NCBI GenBank assembly: GCA_963705935.1
Contig: OY970130.1
Coordinates: 520,676-584,675, forward strand
Source: an uncultured Verrucomicrobiae bacterium
GTDB lineage: Bacteria > Verrucomicrobiota > Verrucomicrobiia > Opitutales > Opitutaceae
Direction of reading: 5' to 3'
DNA: 64,000 nucleotides
A program made the translations under genes and the position numbers. Positions 29,795 through 39,786 of the stretch are shown here, piece after piece (the stretch's first letter is position 1; every line of letters begins with the position of its first letter). The notes below the pieces were generated by a model. The model was not told where the DNA came from, searched no databases, and saw nothing but the letters and a program-made list of their open reading frames with translations.

Positions 29795-30744
29795 GGCACG
29801 ACGGGGGGTTCGGTGGTCAACCGTTCGACCGCCATTGGCGCCGCAAGATCGCCCACCGGGCTGTTTTCCGGAACCAGCAGGCGCAGGCTGGCCGGTTTGA
29901 CGCGGATCTGGACGATCCGGTCGGTGATATGGGTCTCGCCGTCAGTGTGGATCAGGCCGTCGCGCAGGCGGGAGATCGTGAAGCTGCTGTCGCGCAAGCG
30001 AATGACGTCGGGGCTCAGGTGGATCCGGCCGAGAAACAGCCGCACGATCAGGGGAATCGCCCCTGCCGGCCCGATGGGCTTCACCCCCACGAGATCCAGC
30101 AGGCCGTCGTCGACGCGGGCTCCCGGTGCGATCATCGCGTCGTTCCCGTACTGGTCCGAGTTCGTGGCCGCGACGAGCAGAAGGTCGAGCGTGAGGATCC
30201 CGTCGCGCGAGCGGATTTCGATCCGCTCGTGGCGCCGGTGCCAGAAGGCCGCCAGCGCGACCCGGGCGTAGGCGGCCAGGCTGCGGCGGGTGAGGCGGTT
30301 GAACCGCTGGCTGATCTCGGCATCGAAGCCGACCCCCATCGCATTGAAAAACGGCCGGTCGTTCGCCACGCCGGTGTCGATCGTGGCCACGCGGGCCGCC
30401 GGATCGACGGCCAGCGCAAGCGCGCGGTGCGGATCGGACGGCAGCCGCAGGTGCCGCGCGAGACCGTTGCCGGAGCCGCAGGGGATCAGGCCGAGCGAGG
30501 CGCGCATGTGGAGCAGCGCCTGTGCAACCTCGTTCATCGTGCCGTCCCCCCCCACCGCGATCACGCGATCGCAGTCTTCGCCAAGCGCGTCCCGCGCCAG
30601 CTCGGTGGCGTGTCCCGCGCCTTCGGTCGTCACGAGCGAAGCGTCGAGCTGCTGCGCGGCGATAAACTCGCGGATATGGGCGGGCAGCCACGGGCGGCCG
30701 CGGTTGCGGCCGGAGTGGGGATTGTAGATGAAACGGATCTTCAT
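29791..30744 (-). CDS. Diacylglycerol-kinase-family lipid kinase
   Basis: NPHSG, GGDGTMNEV, GSGNGLAR, GVGFDA, HTDGE; start at MKIRF. Confidence 0.9.
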   Translation of the reverse strand: MKIRFIYNPHSGRNRGRPWLPAHIREFIAAQQLDASLVTTEGAGHATELARDALGEDCDRVIAVGGDGTMNEVAQALLHMRASLGLIPCGSGNGLARHLRLPSDPHRALALAVDPAARVATIDTGVANDRPFFNAMGVGFDAEISQRFNRLTRRSLAAYARVALAAFWHRRHERIEIRSRDGILTLDLLLVAATNSDQYGNDAMIAPGARVDDGLLDLVGVKPIGPAGAIPLIVRLFLGRIHLSPDVIRLRDSSFTISRLRDGLIHTDGETHITDRIVQIRVKPASLRLLVPENSPVGDLAAPMAVERLTTEPPVVP

Positions 30745-32012
30745 GCGACGCGAGGGGTGGCGGCCGGAGCGGCGCCGGGAGTGCTGGCCGGTGCGAAGTG
30801 CGACCCAGGCGCGCGGGTCGTCGGTCGACCTCCGGCGAGCACATGGCGTGCAATCCGGTTGGCGGCATCGGGGGTGGCCATCCGGTCCAGGACTTCGCGC
30901 CAGTTGCGCCAGACGCGACCCCCGTCGGCGAACGCGGTCTGCAGCGCCGTCACCACCGCGCCGGGCGTTTCGGCCAGCGCACCGGCGCCGTGCCGCCGAA
31001 TGAGCTCGTAATTTCCCTCCTCCTGGCCCGGCACGACCTGGCTCACGATCATCGGGCAGCGGGCGGCAATCGCCTCCTGCGTCGTCGCTCCGCCCGCCTT
31101 GCTGACCACGGCGTGACGGGTCATCAGCAGATGCGGAATCTGGTCGGTCCACCCGAGAATTTGCGCCGGACGCCGGCGTGCGGCGGCGATCCGGAGGAGC
31201 TTGCGCCGCAGGCGGTCGTCGCGGCCGACGGCGCAGGTGATGTCCCAGTCGGTTTCCGTCAGGAGCCGCCGGGCCGTCTCGACGGCATGGCGGAGACCGG
31301 AGTTGATGATATGGAGGACGCGGGGCCTGGCGCCGGCCAGCAGGTCCGGTGGCGACAGCGCGGCCGACTGGGCCGAGAAAAAATCCGGCACGGGAAAGCC
31401 GTGCACGTGCACCGCGGTCCGCGGGACGCCGGCGGCGAAGAGGACCTCGGCCGAGTCCGCATTCGGGAGGAACCAGCCGTCGCATGGCGCCCGCCACCAC
31501 AGCGAGTGGATGCTGATCGAGTCCGTCACGACGTTGAAGACGGATGGGATCCATCCCTGCTCGCGTTGCAGGCGCTCGAGAAAAAACGCGTACAGCGGAT
31601 AGGTGCAGCAGATGGCGTCCGGCCGTTCGCGATCGATCAGGCTGGCGAGCGCGCGCATTTCGCAGCGGAAAAGCCACAGCCGCCGCTGGATGAGATTCGA
31701 CCGGTCGACCCAATCGTAAATCCGGCTCCACACCTGCGGCGCATCGTTGATCAGCCGTAGGTACATCCCCCGGCTGGCGGCGTTCAGCCGGGGCGAGGCG
31801 ACGGCGAAGAGGTCGACGACGCGGGCGACCCCCGGTCCCGCGGTGCGATCGAACCCGGCGGCCAGCGCGCGGGCGGCGGCGTTGTGGCCCTCGCCGTAGC
31901 CGGCGGTCAGGATCAGCACCCGCGCCGCAGCGGCCGTCGGCGGCGCCCGGTCGACGCGCGGTCGGGCGTGTCCCGGGTGGGCGGAGTCGGATGCGCCCGG
32001 GATCGGGTTCAC
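30741..32012 (-). CDS. MGDG-synthase/UgtP-family (GT28) glycosyltransferase
   Basis: TAGYGEGHNAAA, VVTD..IHSLW, SKAGGATT.E, PGQEEGN. Confidence 0.88.
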   Translation of the reverse strand: MNPIPGASDSAHPGHARPRVDRAPPTAAAARVLILTAGYGEGHNAAARALAAGFDRTAGPGVARVVDLFAVASPRLNAASRGMYLRLINDAPQVWSRIYDWVDRSNLIQRRLWLFRCEMRALASLIDRERPDAICCTYPLYAFFLERLQREQGWIPSVFNVVTDSISIHSLWWRAPCDGWFLPNADSAEVLFAAGVPRTAVHVHGFPVPDFFSAQSAALSPPDLLAGARPRVLHIINSGLRHAVETARRLLTETDWDITCAVGRDDRLRRKLLRIAAARRRPAQILGWTDQIPHLLMTRHAVVSKAGGATTQEAIAARCPMIVSQVVPGQEEGNYELIRRHGAGALAETPGAVVTALQTAFADGGRVWRNWREVLDRMATPDAANRIARHVLAGGRPTTRAPGSHFAPASTPGAAPAATPRVA

Positions 32013-33163
32013 GAAACCGGCACGGCGGGACGCGCGTTGCCGAGGACCCGCAGCAGGTCGGCCTCGAACTGGCCGACCACGTTTTCCCAGGACTGCTCCA
32101 GCAGCGAAGACCGGGCGGCGGCGCGCAGCCGGTCGCGGAGAGCGGGCCGCGTGGCGAGTTCCACCCCGGCACGGACGAAAGCGTCCGGGTCGTCGCGCCG
32201 CATCGAAATGCCATTCTCCCCATTCCGGATGAACTGCCGCGCGGCGGCGTAGTCGAATCCCGCCACGGCGAGCCCGCTCGCCATCGCCTCGGTCAGCACG
32301 TTGCCGAATGTTTCGGTGAGGCTCGCGTGCAGGTACACGTCCGACGACGCGTAGACAGCCGCCAGTTCCTCATGCGGAACGAACCCGGTGAACAGCGCAT
32401 ACCCGTGCGCACTTTGCAGGGCGGCGCGCAGCGGACCATCGCCCTGGAGCACGAACCGGCACTTCGGGTTGGCGGCGCGGATCGCGTCGAACGCGCGGAA
32501 GAGCAGGGGGTAGTTCTTCTCCGCGGCGATTCGGCCGACATGCAGCACGACGGGGTCCTCCGGCGCGGCACCCCAGGATGCACGCAGCGCCGCCGACCGG
32601 TGCACCGGCGAAAACTGGGCCGTGTCCACGCCGCGCGAAAGCAACCCCACGTTCGCGAACCCGAGCCGGAGGAGCTCGTCACGCAGCTCCACGGTCGGCG
32701 CGAACGTGCGCCGCGTCCGGTTGTGCACCCGCCGGAGCCAGGCGATCGCGGTCCGCTGCAACCCCGCCACGCCATAGTGCCGCAGGTACGTGTGGAAATT
32801 CGTGTGGAAGCTCGACGTCACCGGGATCTGGAGCCGGCGGGCGACGGTGACGGCCGACGCGCCGAGCGGACCTTCGGTCACGACGTGGACGAGATCAGGC
32901 CGGTCGTTCTGCCACATGCGGCGCAGCCGCTGGTACGCCGGCAGCCCGAACCGCATCGACGGATAGCCCGGAATCGGCAGTCCTGGCATGCCGATTGCGT
33001 TGAAACCGGGATAAGGCTTCCCGTTGACCCGATCGTTTCTTCGCGGATGCAGCACGGTCACCGCGTGGCCGCGGCGGGTCAGCTCGCGCACGATGTGGCC
33101 GAACGTCATCGCGACGCCGTTGATCTCGGGCGGGAAGGTCTCGGTGACAATGGTCAGGTTCAC
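32009..33163 (-). CDS. GT4 glycosyltransferase (Agt/MgtA-like)
   Basis: VTETFPPEINGVA, SFHTNF, RGVD, EKN, SLTETFGNVLTEAMASG; GTG start at 33163. Confidence 0.88.
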   Translation of the reverse strand: MNLTIVTETFPPEINGVAMTFGHIVRELTRRGHAVTVLHPRRNDRVNGKPYPGFNAIGMPGLPIPGYPSMRFGLPAYQRLRRMWQNDRPDLVHVVTEGPLGASAVTVARRLQIPVTSSFHTNFHTYLRHYGVAGLQRTAIAWLRRVHNRTRRTFAPTVELRDELLRLGFANVGLLSRGVDTAQFSPVHRSAALRASWGAAPEDPVVLHVGRIAAEKNYPLLFRAFDAIRAANPKCRFVLQGDGPLRAALQSAHGYALFTGFVPHEELAAVYASSDVYLHASLTETFGNVLTEAMASGLAVAGFDYAAARQFIRNGENGISMRRDDPDAFVRAGVELATRPALRDRLRAAARSSLLEQSWENVVGQFEADLLRVLGNARPAVPVS

Positions 33164-33212
33164 ATCAGCGGGAGGACAAAAGGACTCTTTTGTATGAAGA
33201 TGCGCCGAATTG

Positions 33213-33251
33213 GTGCCGAAGCGAAGGCGACGGGGTAACGATCCGGTGAAA
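33213..33251 (-). promoter_or_regulatory. Pho-box-like repeats upstream of the glycolipid operon
   Basis: Minus strand TTTCAC-cggat-CGTTAC (11-bp period), CGGCAC 22 bp further on; -10-like CATCTT at 33202-33197. Confidence 0.5.
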
Positions 33252-33328
33252 ACGAGCCAATGCAAGAAATGCCATAATTCGGGGTTGCACCGGCCCATTC
33301 GAATTCTAGCGTCGGCCCTTTTAGATTG

Positions 33329-36031
33329 ATGCAGTCGCACGGTCCCAAGCGCGTATACACTCCTCAGTCGCTGGAGTTTTGGTTCGGCCGGCTGGAAAAA
33401 GACTGGGCCGGCGCGTTCACCGCGGACCAGCTGGACCATGGCCGCGAGATCTACCGCAAGGGGGAGGTCCGCGAGCTCGAGCTGACGGGCCGGGACGCGA
33501 TCATTCACCGGCGGGTGGAGAAGAAGGACGAATACGCCGTCATCGAGTGGGGCCCCGACGGGCTCGGCGTGCGTTCCTCCTCGACCGACAAGGACATGGC
33601 GCATGCCCTGGCCGTGGCGGGCCTGCACGAGATCGAGGAACTCGTTGCAGATGAAATATCTCCGTTGCCGGACGAAACTCCCGACCAGCCCCCAGCCAAT
33701 GGCGCGGACGCGCGGGTCGAAGTCGGTCAGCCATCGAACGGGGGCACCCCGGCGGCGAATGGTTCCACGCCGGCTGCCGCCGACCATGCCGGCAGCGATG
33801 GGCCCCCCCCGGCGGCCGCGACAGCGGCGACCCGGACCCTTGTCCTGGTCTTCAAGACCCGCAGCATCGGGCTGACGTTTCAGGCTTTCTGGGCGGAGCC
33901 GGACGGTCGGACGCGACACATCGCCCTCGGCACACCGGCCCACGCCAACGGGAACGGACACGTCACAAGCTCCGAGCGGGCGAAGCTCATCGGACTCGCC
34001 GCTTACGCCCGCAAGGCGCACTTCCAGTACCAGCAGGACAACGGGGTTTACGTGCTCGATTCGCTGGTCGAGATTCCGAACTTCCTCAAGACGGTGCTGC
34101 CGGCCTGGCGGCGGATCTTTGCGGTCGAGCTGGACGACCGGGCCGCGAACCTGGTGAAGGGCACGCGCACGGTCGAGATCGAGGCCGTGGCGGAGGCGGT
34201 CGATCCGCTCGCTTCGGGGGCTGCATCGTCCGGCAACGGTCGGGCCGCCGACGGTGCCGGGTCGCCCGGCAGCCGCGGTTCGCCGAACATCGGGCTGAAC
34301 CTCCGCTGGATCTTCCGCACCGGCGAGCGCATGCTGACCGATACGGAAGTCAACGCGCTGCTGCGCAAGGGCGGCGCGCCGGTGATCCTGCCCAACCTCG
34401 GGATCGTGGCGCTGCCCGGGGAACGCTGGGAATCGTTCCGGGCGTGGCGCGACAACGTCGGCGAGACACACGCCAGCGGGGCGTTGTCGCCGTACCTCAT
34501 CTTCTCGTTGTTCAACGATGCGCGGCTGAAGCTGACGCTGACGCCGGAAATCGAGGCGTGGCGGCAGCGGGTCCTGGCGCCGCCCGACGTCCCGCCGGTG
34601 CTGCCCGAGGTTCTCCGACCGTATCAGCGCCGCGGCGTCGAGTGGCTGGCGCACCTGTGCGAGGTCGGCTGCCACGGGCTGCTGGCGGACGAGATGGGCC
34701 TGGGCAAGACGCTGCAGGTGATCACGCTGCTGGCGACCCGACCCCTCGCCGGCAAGCCGACACTGGTCGTCTGCCCGGCGAGCGTGGTCCCGGTCTGGCG
34801 CGAGGAAATCGCCCGGTTCCAACCCGGACTGCAGGTCGATGTGCTCAAGACCGGACACGACTTCACCCACCGTTCCGATCCGGTCATCTGGCTCGCGAGC
34901 TACACGCAGTTGCGCAAGCACCGCCATCTGCTGCCGGCGCACGACTTCGGGTATGCCGTGCTCGATGAGGGGCAGTTCATCAAGAATCCCGACGCGAAGG
35001 TGACGCAGACCTGCTTTGCGATCCGGGCGCAGCACCGGCTGGTGCTGACCGGCACGCCGCTGGAAAACCGGCAGCTGGACCTGTGGAGCATCTTCCGGTT
35101 TCTGCTTCCGGGACTGCTCGGAACGCGCGCCGGCTTCGAAAACGCGCTGAACACCGATCGCAACGGCACGCTCGAGCGGCTGCGGACGCAGCTCGCGCCG
35201 TTCGTCCTGCGGCGCACCAAGAAAGAGGTGGCGCAGGAACTGCCGCCGAAGGTCGAGATGGACCTGCTCTGTCCGATGACGGACGTGCAGCGCACCGAGT
35301 ACGCGCGGATCTGCTCCGAGGGGCTCGAGCGGCTCGGCGACGACGTCGGCACCGCGATGCGGGAAAAGTCCTTCGGCTTCCTCGCGCTGCTGACGCGGCT
35401 GCGGCAGACCTGCTGCGATCCCGACATGCTGCCGTGGCTGAAGGCGCCGCTGTCGGACTCCGGCAAGATCAACCTGCTGATCGAGAAGGTGGCCGAGGTG
35501 ACGAGCAGCGGGCACAAGGTCGTGATCTTTTCGCAATTCGTGATGCTGCTGGACCGGGTGCGCGCGGCGCTCGGGCAGCACTTTCCCGACCTGGCGCGCT
35601 TCGAACTGACCGGGATGACGCTCGACCGACTGAAGCCCGTGCAGCAGTTTCAGAACGCCGCCGGTGCCGCCGCGATGCTGGTGTCCCTCAAGGCCGCGGG
35701 CACGGGCATCACGCTGCACGCGGCCGATTACGTGTTCCTGCTCGATCCCTGGTGGAATCCCGCCGTCGAGGCGCAGGCGGTCGATCGCGTGCACCGCATC
35801 GGGCAGACGAACACGGTGTTCGTCTACCGGATGGTGACGGCCGGCACGATCGAGGAGCGCATCCAGGCGCTGAAGGAGGAGAAGAAGGATCTGTTCGACA
35901 AGCTGGTCGGCGGGCTCGGCGGCGACTTCGACCTCAGCCAGCATTTCAGCTCGCTGCGCGGGCTGGTTCAGCTCACGCAGCAGGTCGAGCAGGAGAGCAG
36001 CGGCGACCTCGAGCCGTACACGATCGACTGA
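33329..36031 (+). CDS. SNF2-family helicase/ATPase
   Basis: LRPYQ, LADEMGLGKT, LDEGQFIKN, LTGTPLEN, DPWWNPAVE.QAVDRVHRIGQ. Confidence 0.93.
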   Translation: MQSHGPKRVYTPQSLEFWFGRLEKDWAGAFTADQLDHGREIYRKGEVRELELTGRDAIIHRRVEKKDEYAVIEWGPDGLGVRSSSTDKDMAHALAVAGLHEIEELVADEISPLPDETPDQPPANGADARVEVGQPSNGGTPAANGSTPAAADHAGSDGPPPAAATAATRTLVLVFKTRSIGLTFQAFWAEPDGRTRHIALGTPAHANGNGHVTSSERAKLIGLAAYARKAHFQYQQDNGVYVLDSLVEIPNFLKTVLPAWRRIFAVELDDRAANLVKGTRTVEIEAVAEAVDPLASGAASSGNGRAADGAGSPGSRGSPNIGLNLRWIFRTGERMLTDTEVNALLRKGGAPVILPNLGIVALPGERWESFRAWRDNVGETHASGALSPYLIFSLFNDARLKLTLTPEIEAWRQRVLAPPDVPPVLPEVLRPYQRRGVEWLAHLCEVGCHGLLADEMGLGKTLQVITLLATRPLAGKPTLVVCPASVVPVWREEIARFQPGLQVDVLKTGHDFTHRSDPVIWLASYTQLRKHRHLLPAHDFGYAVLDEGQFIKNPDAKVTQTCFAIRAQHRLVLTGTPLENRQLDLWSIFRFLLPGLLGTRAGFENALNTDRNGTLERLRTQLAPFVLRRTKKEVAQELPPKVEMDLLCPMTDVQRTEYARICSEGLERLGDDVGTAMREKSFGFLALLTRLRQTCCDPDMLPWLKAPLSDSGKINLLIEKVAEVTSSGHKVVIFSQFVMLLDRVRAALGQHFPDLARFELTGMTLDRLKPVQQFQNAAGAAAMLVSLKAAGTGITLHAADYVFLLDPWWNPAVEAQAVDRVHRIGQTNTVFVYRMVTAGTIEERIQALKEEKKDLFDKLVGGLGGDFDLSQHFSSLRGLVQLTQQVEQESSGDLEPYTID

Positions 36032-36178
36032 GCGACCTCGCGGGACCGGCGCGGCGCCGCCGGGTTCGGGTCTGAGGCCGGCTCAGGGGCCGGCACGAAC
36101 GCCGTGCTCGCGCGAGGGTTTATCCCCGCGGATGCAATCCGCTTGTTTCGCGTCACCCGCGGCCTACGGTGGCGAACG

Positions 36179-36643
36179 GTGAATGCCTCGACCGGTCTCG
36201 TTGCGCACCCTGACGTGGTCATGCTCGACCTGGCTGTCGACTCGCGGGAAGCGGCGCTCCGCATCCTGCATGCGCGGCTGGCGGCGGCGCCTGGGGTGAC
36301 CGATCCGCCGCGGCTGCTGCTCGATCTGCTCGAGCGGGCGATGGTCGCGTCGGTCTGCATCGCCCCGGACGTCGCGCTGCCACATGCGCGGACCACCGCG
36401 GTCGAGCGGCTGGTGCTCGGGGTGGCGCGGCTCGCGGCGCCGGGGGTGGCGTTCGACGGCGAGCACCCGGCCATCCGGCTCGTGTTCATGATCGGCACAC
36501 CGCGCCGCGAGGTCGAAGCGTACCTGAACGCGGTGGCGGGCATTTCGCGCCTGCTGAAGACGGACGGCGCGAAGGAAGCCCTGTTCGCCGCAACCACCGA
36601 GCCGGATTTCCGCGCGGCGCTCGGCCACTTCGGCTCCGCATGA
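36179..36643 (+). CDS. Stand-alone PTS EIIA (Ntr/fructose-type) domain protein
   Basis: LERAMVAS..IAPDVALPHAR with phospho-His motif; GTG start at 36179. Confidence 0.8.
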   Translation: MNASTGLVAHPDVVMLDLAVDSREAALRILHARLAAAPGVTDPPRLLLDLLERAMVASVCIAPDVALPHARTTAVERLVLGVARLAAPGVAFDGEHPAIRLVFMIGTPRREVEAYLNAVAGISRLLKTDGAKEALFAATTEPDFRAALGHFGSA

Positions 36644-38415
36644 GGCGGGTCACCGATCCGGCGAAGCTGCTGCTCGAACGGCTGCTGCGGCTGCTGCGCT
36701 GGCGGCTTTGGATCCAGGAAAAGCTCCAGCCGACCGAGTGGCAGATCATGCTGGCGTGGGCGGCGGTCGCCGGGTTTTCCGGGGCGCTCGTCTCCCTCCT
36801 GTTCAGCGTGATGGCGGAAGGTATTCACGAACTGCTGACCGGCCGCAACGCCGGCGTCGTCGAGACGATGCGCCTGCTGCCGTGGTGGGCGCGCATCGCC
36901 GTGCCGGCGGCCGGCGGGCTGCTGGCGGGCTGCACGCTGCTGCTCGGCAGGCACATCGCGCGCGGCCAGAGCTCGACCGATTACATGGAGGCGATCGTCA
37001 TTGGTTCCGGGCGGCTGCCGGTCCGGTTCAGCCTGATCAAGAGCGCTGCCGCGCTGTTCTCGATCGGTTCCGGCGGGTCGATCGGACGGGAGGGCCCGAT
37101 GGTGCAGCTCGCCGCGACGCTGGCCTCGCTGATCGGTCGCTGGCGCCGGTTCTCCCCGCCGCAGCTCCGGCTGATCGTGGCCTGCGGCGCGGCCGCCGGC
37201 ATCGCCTCGGCGTACAACGCGCCGATCGCCGGCTCGTTCTTCGTCGCCGAGATCATCCTCGGCACGATCGCGATGGAAAGCCTGGGCCCGCTCGCGGTCT
37301 CGGCGGTGGCGGCCGCCCTGACGCTGCGGTGGCTGACGAACGCGCAGCAGCTGTACCATGTCCCGGCGTTCCGGCTCGGTTCGCCGTGGGAGATGATTCC
37401 GTACATCGTGCTTGGCTTCGTGTCCGGCACCCTGGCGCCGTGGTTCCTGCGTTCGCTGCGCCGTGCCGAGCGATGCTTCGTCGCCACGTCGCTCCCGCCG
37501 ATCGCGCGGCTGGCGCTGGGCGGCATGATCGTCGGCGATCTCGCGGTGTTCTACCCGGAAGTCTGCGGCAACGGCTATTCGGTCGCCGTCGGGATCCTGA
37601 ACGGCCACTTCGTCTGGTACCTGCTCGTGCCGATCATGCTCGCGAAGTGGCTGGCGACCGCGGCGTCCTTCGGCTCGGGCGCGCCGGGCGGCGTGTTCAC
37701 CCCCTCGCTTTTCATGGGTGCCAGCGCCGGATACCTGTTCGGCGCGGCCATCCATTCCTTCTGGCCATCCGGGGCGGTCGATCCGCAGGCGTTCGCGCTG
37801 GTCGGCATGGGCGCGTTTCTGTCGGCCGCCAGCTACGCCCCGGTGATGGCGGTGATCCTGCTGTTCGAGATGACGCTGAGCTACGACATCATCCTGCCGC
37901 TGATGCTCAGCAACGTCATCGCCTACTACACGGCGAAGGGTCTCCAGGGCGAATCGCTCTACAGCGAGTCGCTGCGTCGCAAGGCGGCGGAGACGCCGGT
38001 CGCGACACTGCCGGTCGGGACGGTGCGGGACCTGATGAAGGAGAATCCGCCGCGGGCGGCGGCGACGGCGCGCTTCGCCGAGATCGCGCGCATGTTCCTC
38101 TCGGTCCGGGTGAACAACATCTACGTCACCGACCCGCAGGGGCGCTTTCTCGGGGCCGTGTCGCTGCACGACATCAAGCCCTACCTGGGCGACGCCGATC
38201 TCGCCGGCCTGGTGATCGCGAGCGACATCATGCGGGAGGAGTTCCCCCGCATCAGCCCGGAGCAGTCCCTGAGTGAGGCGCTGGGGGCGTTTCTCGGCCA
38301 GCCGGTCGAACGTCTGCCGGTGGTCGATCGCGACGGCCAGCACCTGCTGGGCACCGTCTCGAAAAGCGACCTGCTGCTCTCGCTGGTGGAAAAGCAGCAG
38401 AAGCCGACGGCGTGA
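36640..38415 (+). CDS. ClC-family chloride channel/transporter with C-terminal CBS pair
   Basis: GGSIGREGP, AYNAPIAG, GAPGGVFTP, LLFEMT; CBS-like tail. Confidence 0.92.
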   Translation: MRRVTDPAKLLLERLLRLLRWRLWIQEKLQPTEWQIMLAWAAVAGFSGALVSLLFSVMAEGIHELLTGRNAGVVETMRLLPWWARIAVPAAGGLLAGCTLLLGRHIARGQSSTDYMEAIVIGSGRLPVRFSLIKSAAALFSIGSGGSIGREGPMVQLAATLASLIGRWRRFSPPQLRLIVACGAAAGIASAYNAPIAGSFFVAEIILGTIAMESLGPLAVSAVAAALTLRWLTNAQQLYHVPAFRLGSPWEMIPYIVLGFVSGTLAPWFLRSLRRAERCFVATSLPPIARLALGGMIVGDLAVFYPEVCGNGYSVAVGILNGHFVWYLLVPIMLAKWLATAASFGSGAPGGVFTPSLFMGASAGYLFGAAIHSFWPSGAVDPQAFALVGMGAFLSAASYAPVMAVILLFEMTLSYDIILPLMLSNVIAYYTAKGLQGESLYSESLRRKAAETPVATLPVGTVRDLMKENPPRAAATARFAEIARMFLSVRVNNIYVTDPQGRFLGAVSLHDIKPYLGDADLAGLVIASDIMREEFPRISPEQSLSEALGAFLGQPVERLPVVDRDGQHLLGTVSKSDLLLSLVEKQQKPTA

Positions 38416-38452
38416 CGCGGCGCCCCGCGCGGCTCGGCGAGGGACGCACGAG

Positions 38453-38568
38453 GCGCGAGCGAGCTCGCGGCCTGCGGGGAGGCGGAGTGTCGGGACACGC
38501 CGCCGCCGGTTCGGGCGTAGGCCGCCTGCTTGCAGGCGCGGCATTGGCGCAAGCGAGCTTGCCGGCTC
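38453..38568. repeat. REP cluster including a hybrid REP
   Basis: Inverted helicase-type REP at 38453-38475; gtaggccgcctgcttgcaggcgc at 38517; degenerate inverted copy 38547-38568. Confidence 0.75.
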
Positions 38569-38570
38569 GT

Positions 38571-38609
38571 CGCCACGGTTGTGTTACGGCGGGATGACGG
38601 CCGGGTCAT
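38571..38609 (+). promoter_or_regulatory. Four Pho-box-like repeats, 11-bp period
   Basis: CGCCAC (38571), TGTTAC (38582), GATGAC (38593), GGTCAT (38604). Confidence 0.55.
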
Positions 38610-38670
38610 TTTCTCGCGGCGGAGGTGAATTGCGATTGTCGTGCTCGCGATGAGGGCTGGTCTCGGGCCA

Positions 38671-39780
38671 ATGCCGTCACCAACGTTTCCGCCCGCGTTC
38701 TCCCTCATCGCTTCGCTGGGGCTCGCGCCGCTGCGGCCCCTGCACAACCTGGTCCGGCAAACGCAGGAGCGCATGCGTCCCCGGCAGCTGTCGGTGCACC
38801 AGTCGGCGACAGCCCGGGCCCGGATGACCGCGCTCCGGGCGGACGACACCGGCGCCCCGGATCGGTCAACGATCCTCCGCGAGTCCGGCGCGGGCCGGGT
38901 CCCGACCATCGTGCTGGGTGGCCTCGTGCCCGATGCCACCGAGCAGGTCTTTCTCCTCCGCCGGTTCCTGCTCAAGTCGGGCGACGTGTATTACGTGCAG
39001 TACCCACGAGATGGATTCTCGTTGGACGTCCTGTGTGCGCAGGTCGGCGACCTGGTGGACGATCTGGTGGCGGAGGGCCATGCCCCCATCATCCTGGCGG
39101 TGAGCTTTGGGGCGGGCCTGGTCCTGGAGTGGTTGCGGCGGCAGCGTCTGCGGGGGACGGAGCCATTGCTCGCGGGCATCGTGCTGGTCAGCCCCGTGTC
39201 GTGCGTGGCAGACCTGATCGGCGAAAATCCCGGGAAGCCGGCAACGCTGCTGGGCCGCGTCCTGAAGCCGTTTTTCGACCCCGGCGCGGTCGCGCTTTCG
39301 ACGGTGGAGAAGTCGCGCGCGATCTTTCGGCGGATGTTCGAGGCGGGCGCGCAAAACCGGATCGCGCTCCGGGCGCTGATGACGCCGGTCGAGATCGAAC
39401 GCCTGCGCGAGGCGGTGATGGACACGATTCGCGGCGTGACGCCACACGGCGCGCAGTGCCGGGTGCAGGCGTTGGCGGAAATGCGACCGCCGACCGGCTA
39501 CTTCAGCCCGGCGGCCCTCCCGCTCAGCAGTGTTCCCACGCTGATCCTGTTTGCCGAGCGCGAGGAAGTCGTGCTCGACGCGGCAGCGCCGGTCCGGCTG
39601 GCCCTGCAGCGCGCCGCAGCCGCCTATTTCCCGGAGGCAACGGTGGCGGAGGTGCGGGCGCGCCGCGGGAGACCTCCGGTGCAGCACGCGTCGCTGATCT
39701 TTCACGTGTTCGATTTTCTTCCGCATCTGCAGGGATTCTATCAGCGCGTGCGGCGGGGCGGCCTGGCGCTGGCGGCGTAA
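38671..39780 (+). CDS. Alpha/beta-hydrolase-fold protein
   Basis: Nucleophile elbow AVSFGAG, GIVLVSP, VPTLILFAERE, late His in VQHASL. Confidence 0.7.
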   Translation: MPSPTFPPAFSLIASLGLAPLRPLHNLVRQTQERMRPRQLSVHQSATARARMTALRADDTGAPDRSTILRESGAGRVPTIVLGGLVPDATEQVFLLRRFLLKSGDVYYVQYPRDGFSLDVLCAQVGDLVDDLVAEGHAPIILAVSFGAGLVLEWLRRQRLRGTEPLLAGIVLVSPVSCVADLIGENPGKPATLLGRVLKPFFDPGAVALSTVEKSRAIFRRMFEAGAQNRIALRALMTPVEIERLREAVMDTIRGVTPHGAQCRVQALAEMRPPTGYFSPAALPLSSVPTLILFAEREEVVLDAAAPVRLALQRAAAAYFPEATVAEVRARRGRPPVQHASLIFHVFDFLPHLQGFYQRVRRGGLALAA

Positions 39781-39786
39781 CGCCCG

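Noticed and set aside
33164-35944. 1311-aa fusion ending in the GT4 domain
   Set aside because: The extension is antisense to the SNF2 gene; the GT4 starts at 33163. The 810-aa ORF ending in the DAG kinase is the same kind of artefact.
33329-36031. Anti-phage defence system built on the SNF2 helicase
   Set aside because: No methylase, nuclease or other defence partners are adjacent, and composition matches the host.
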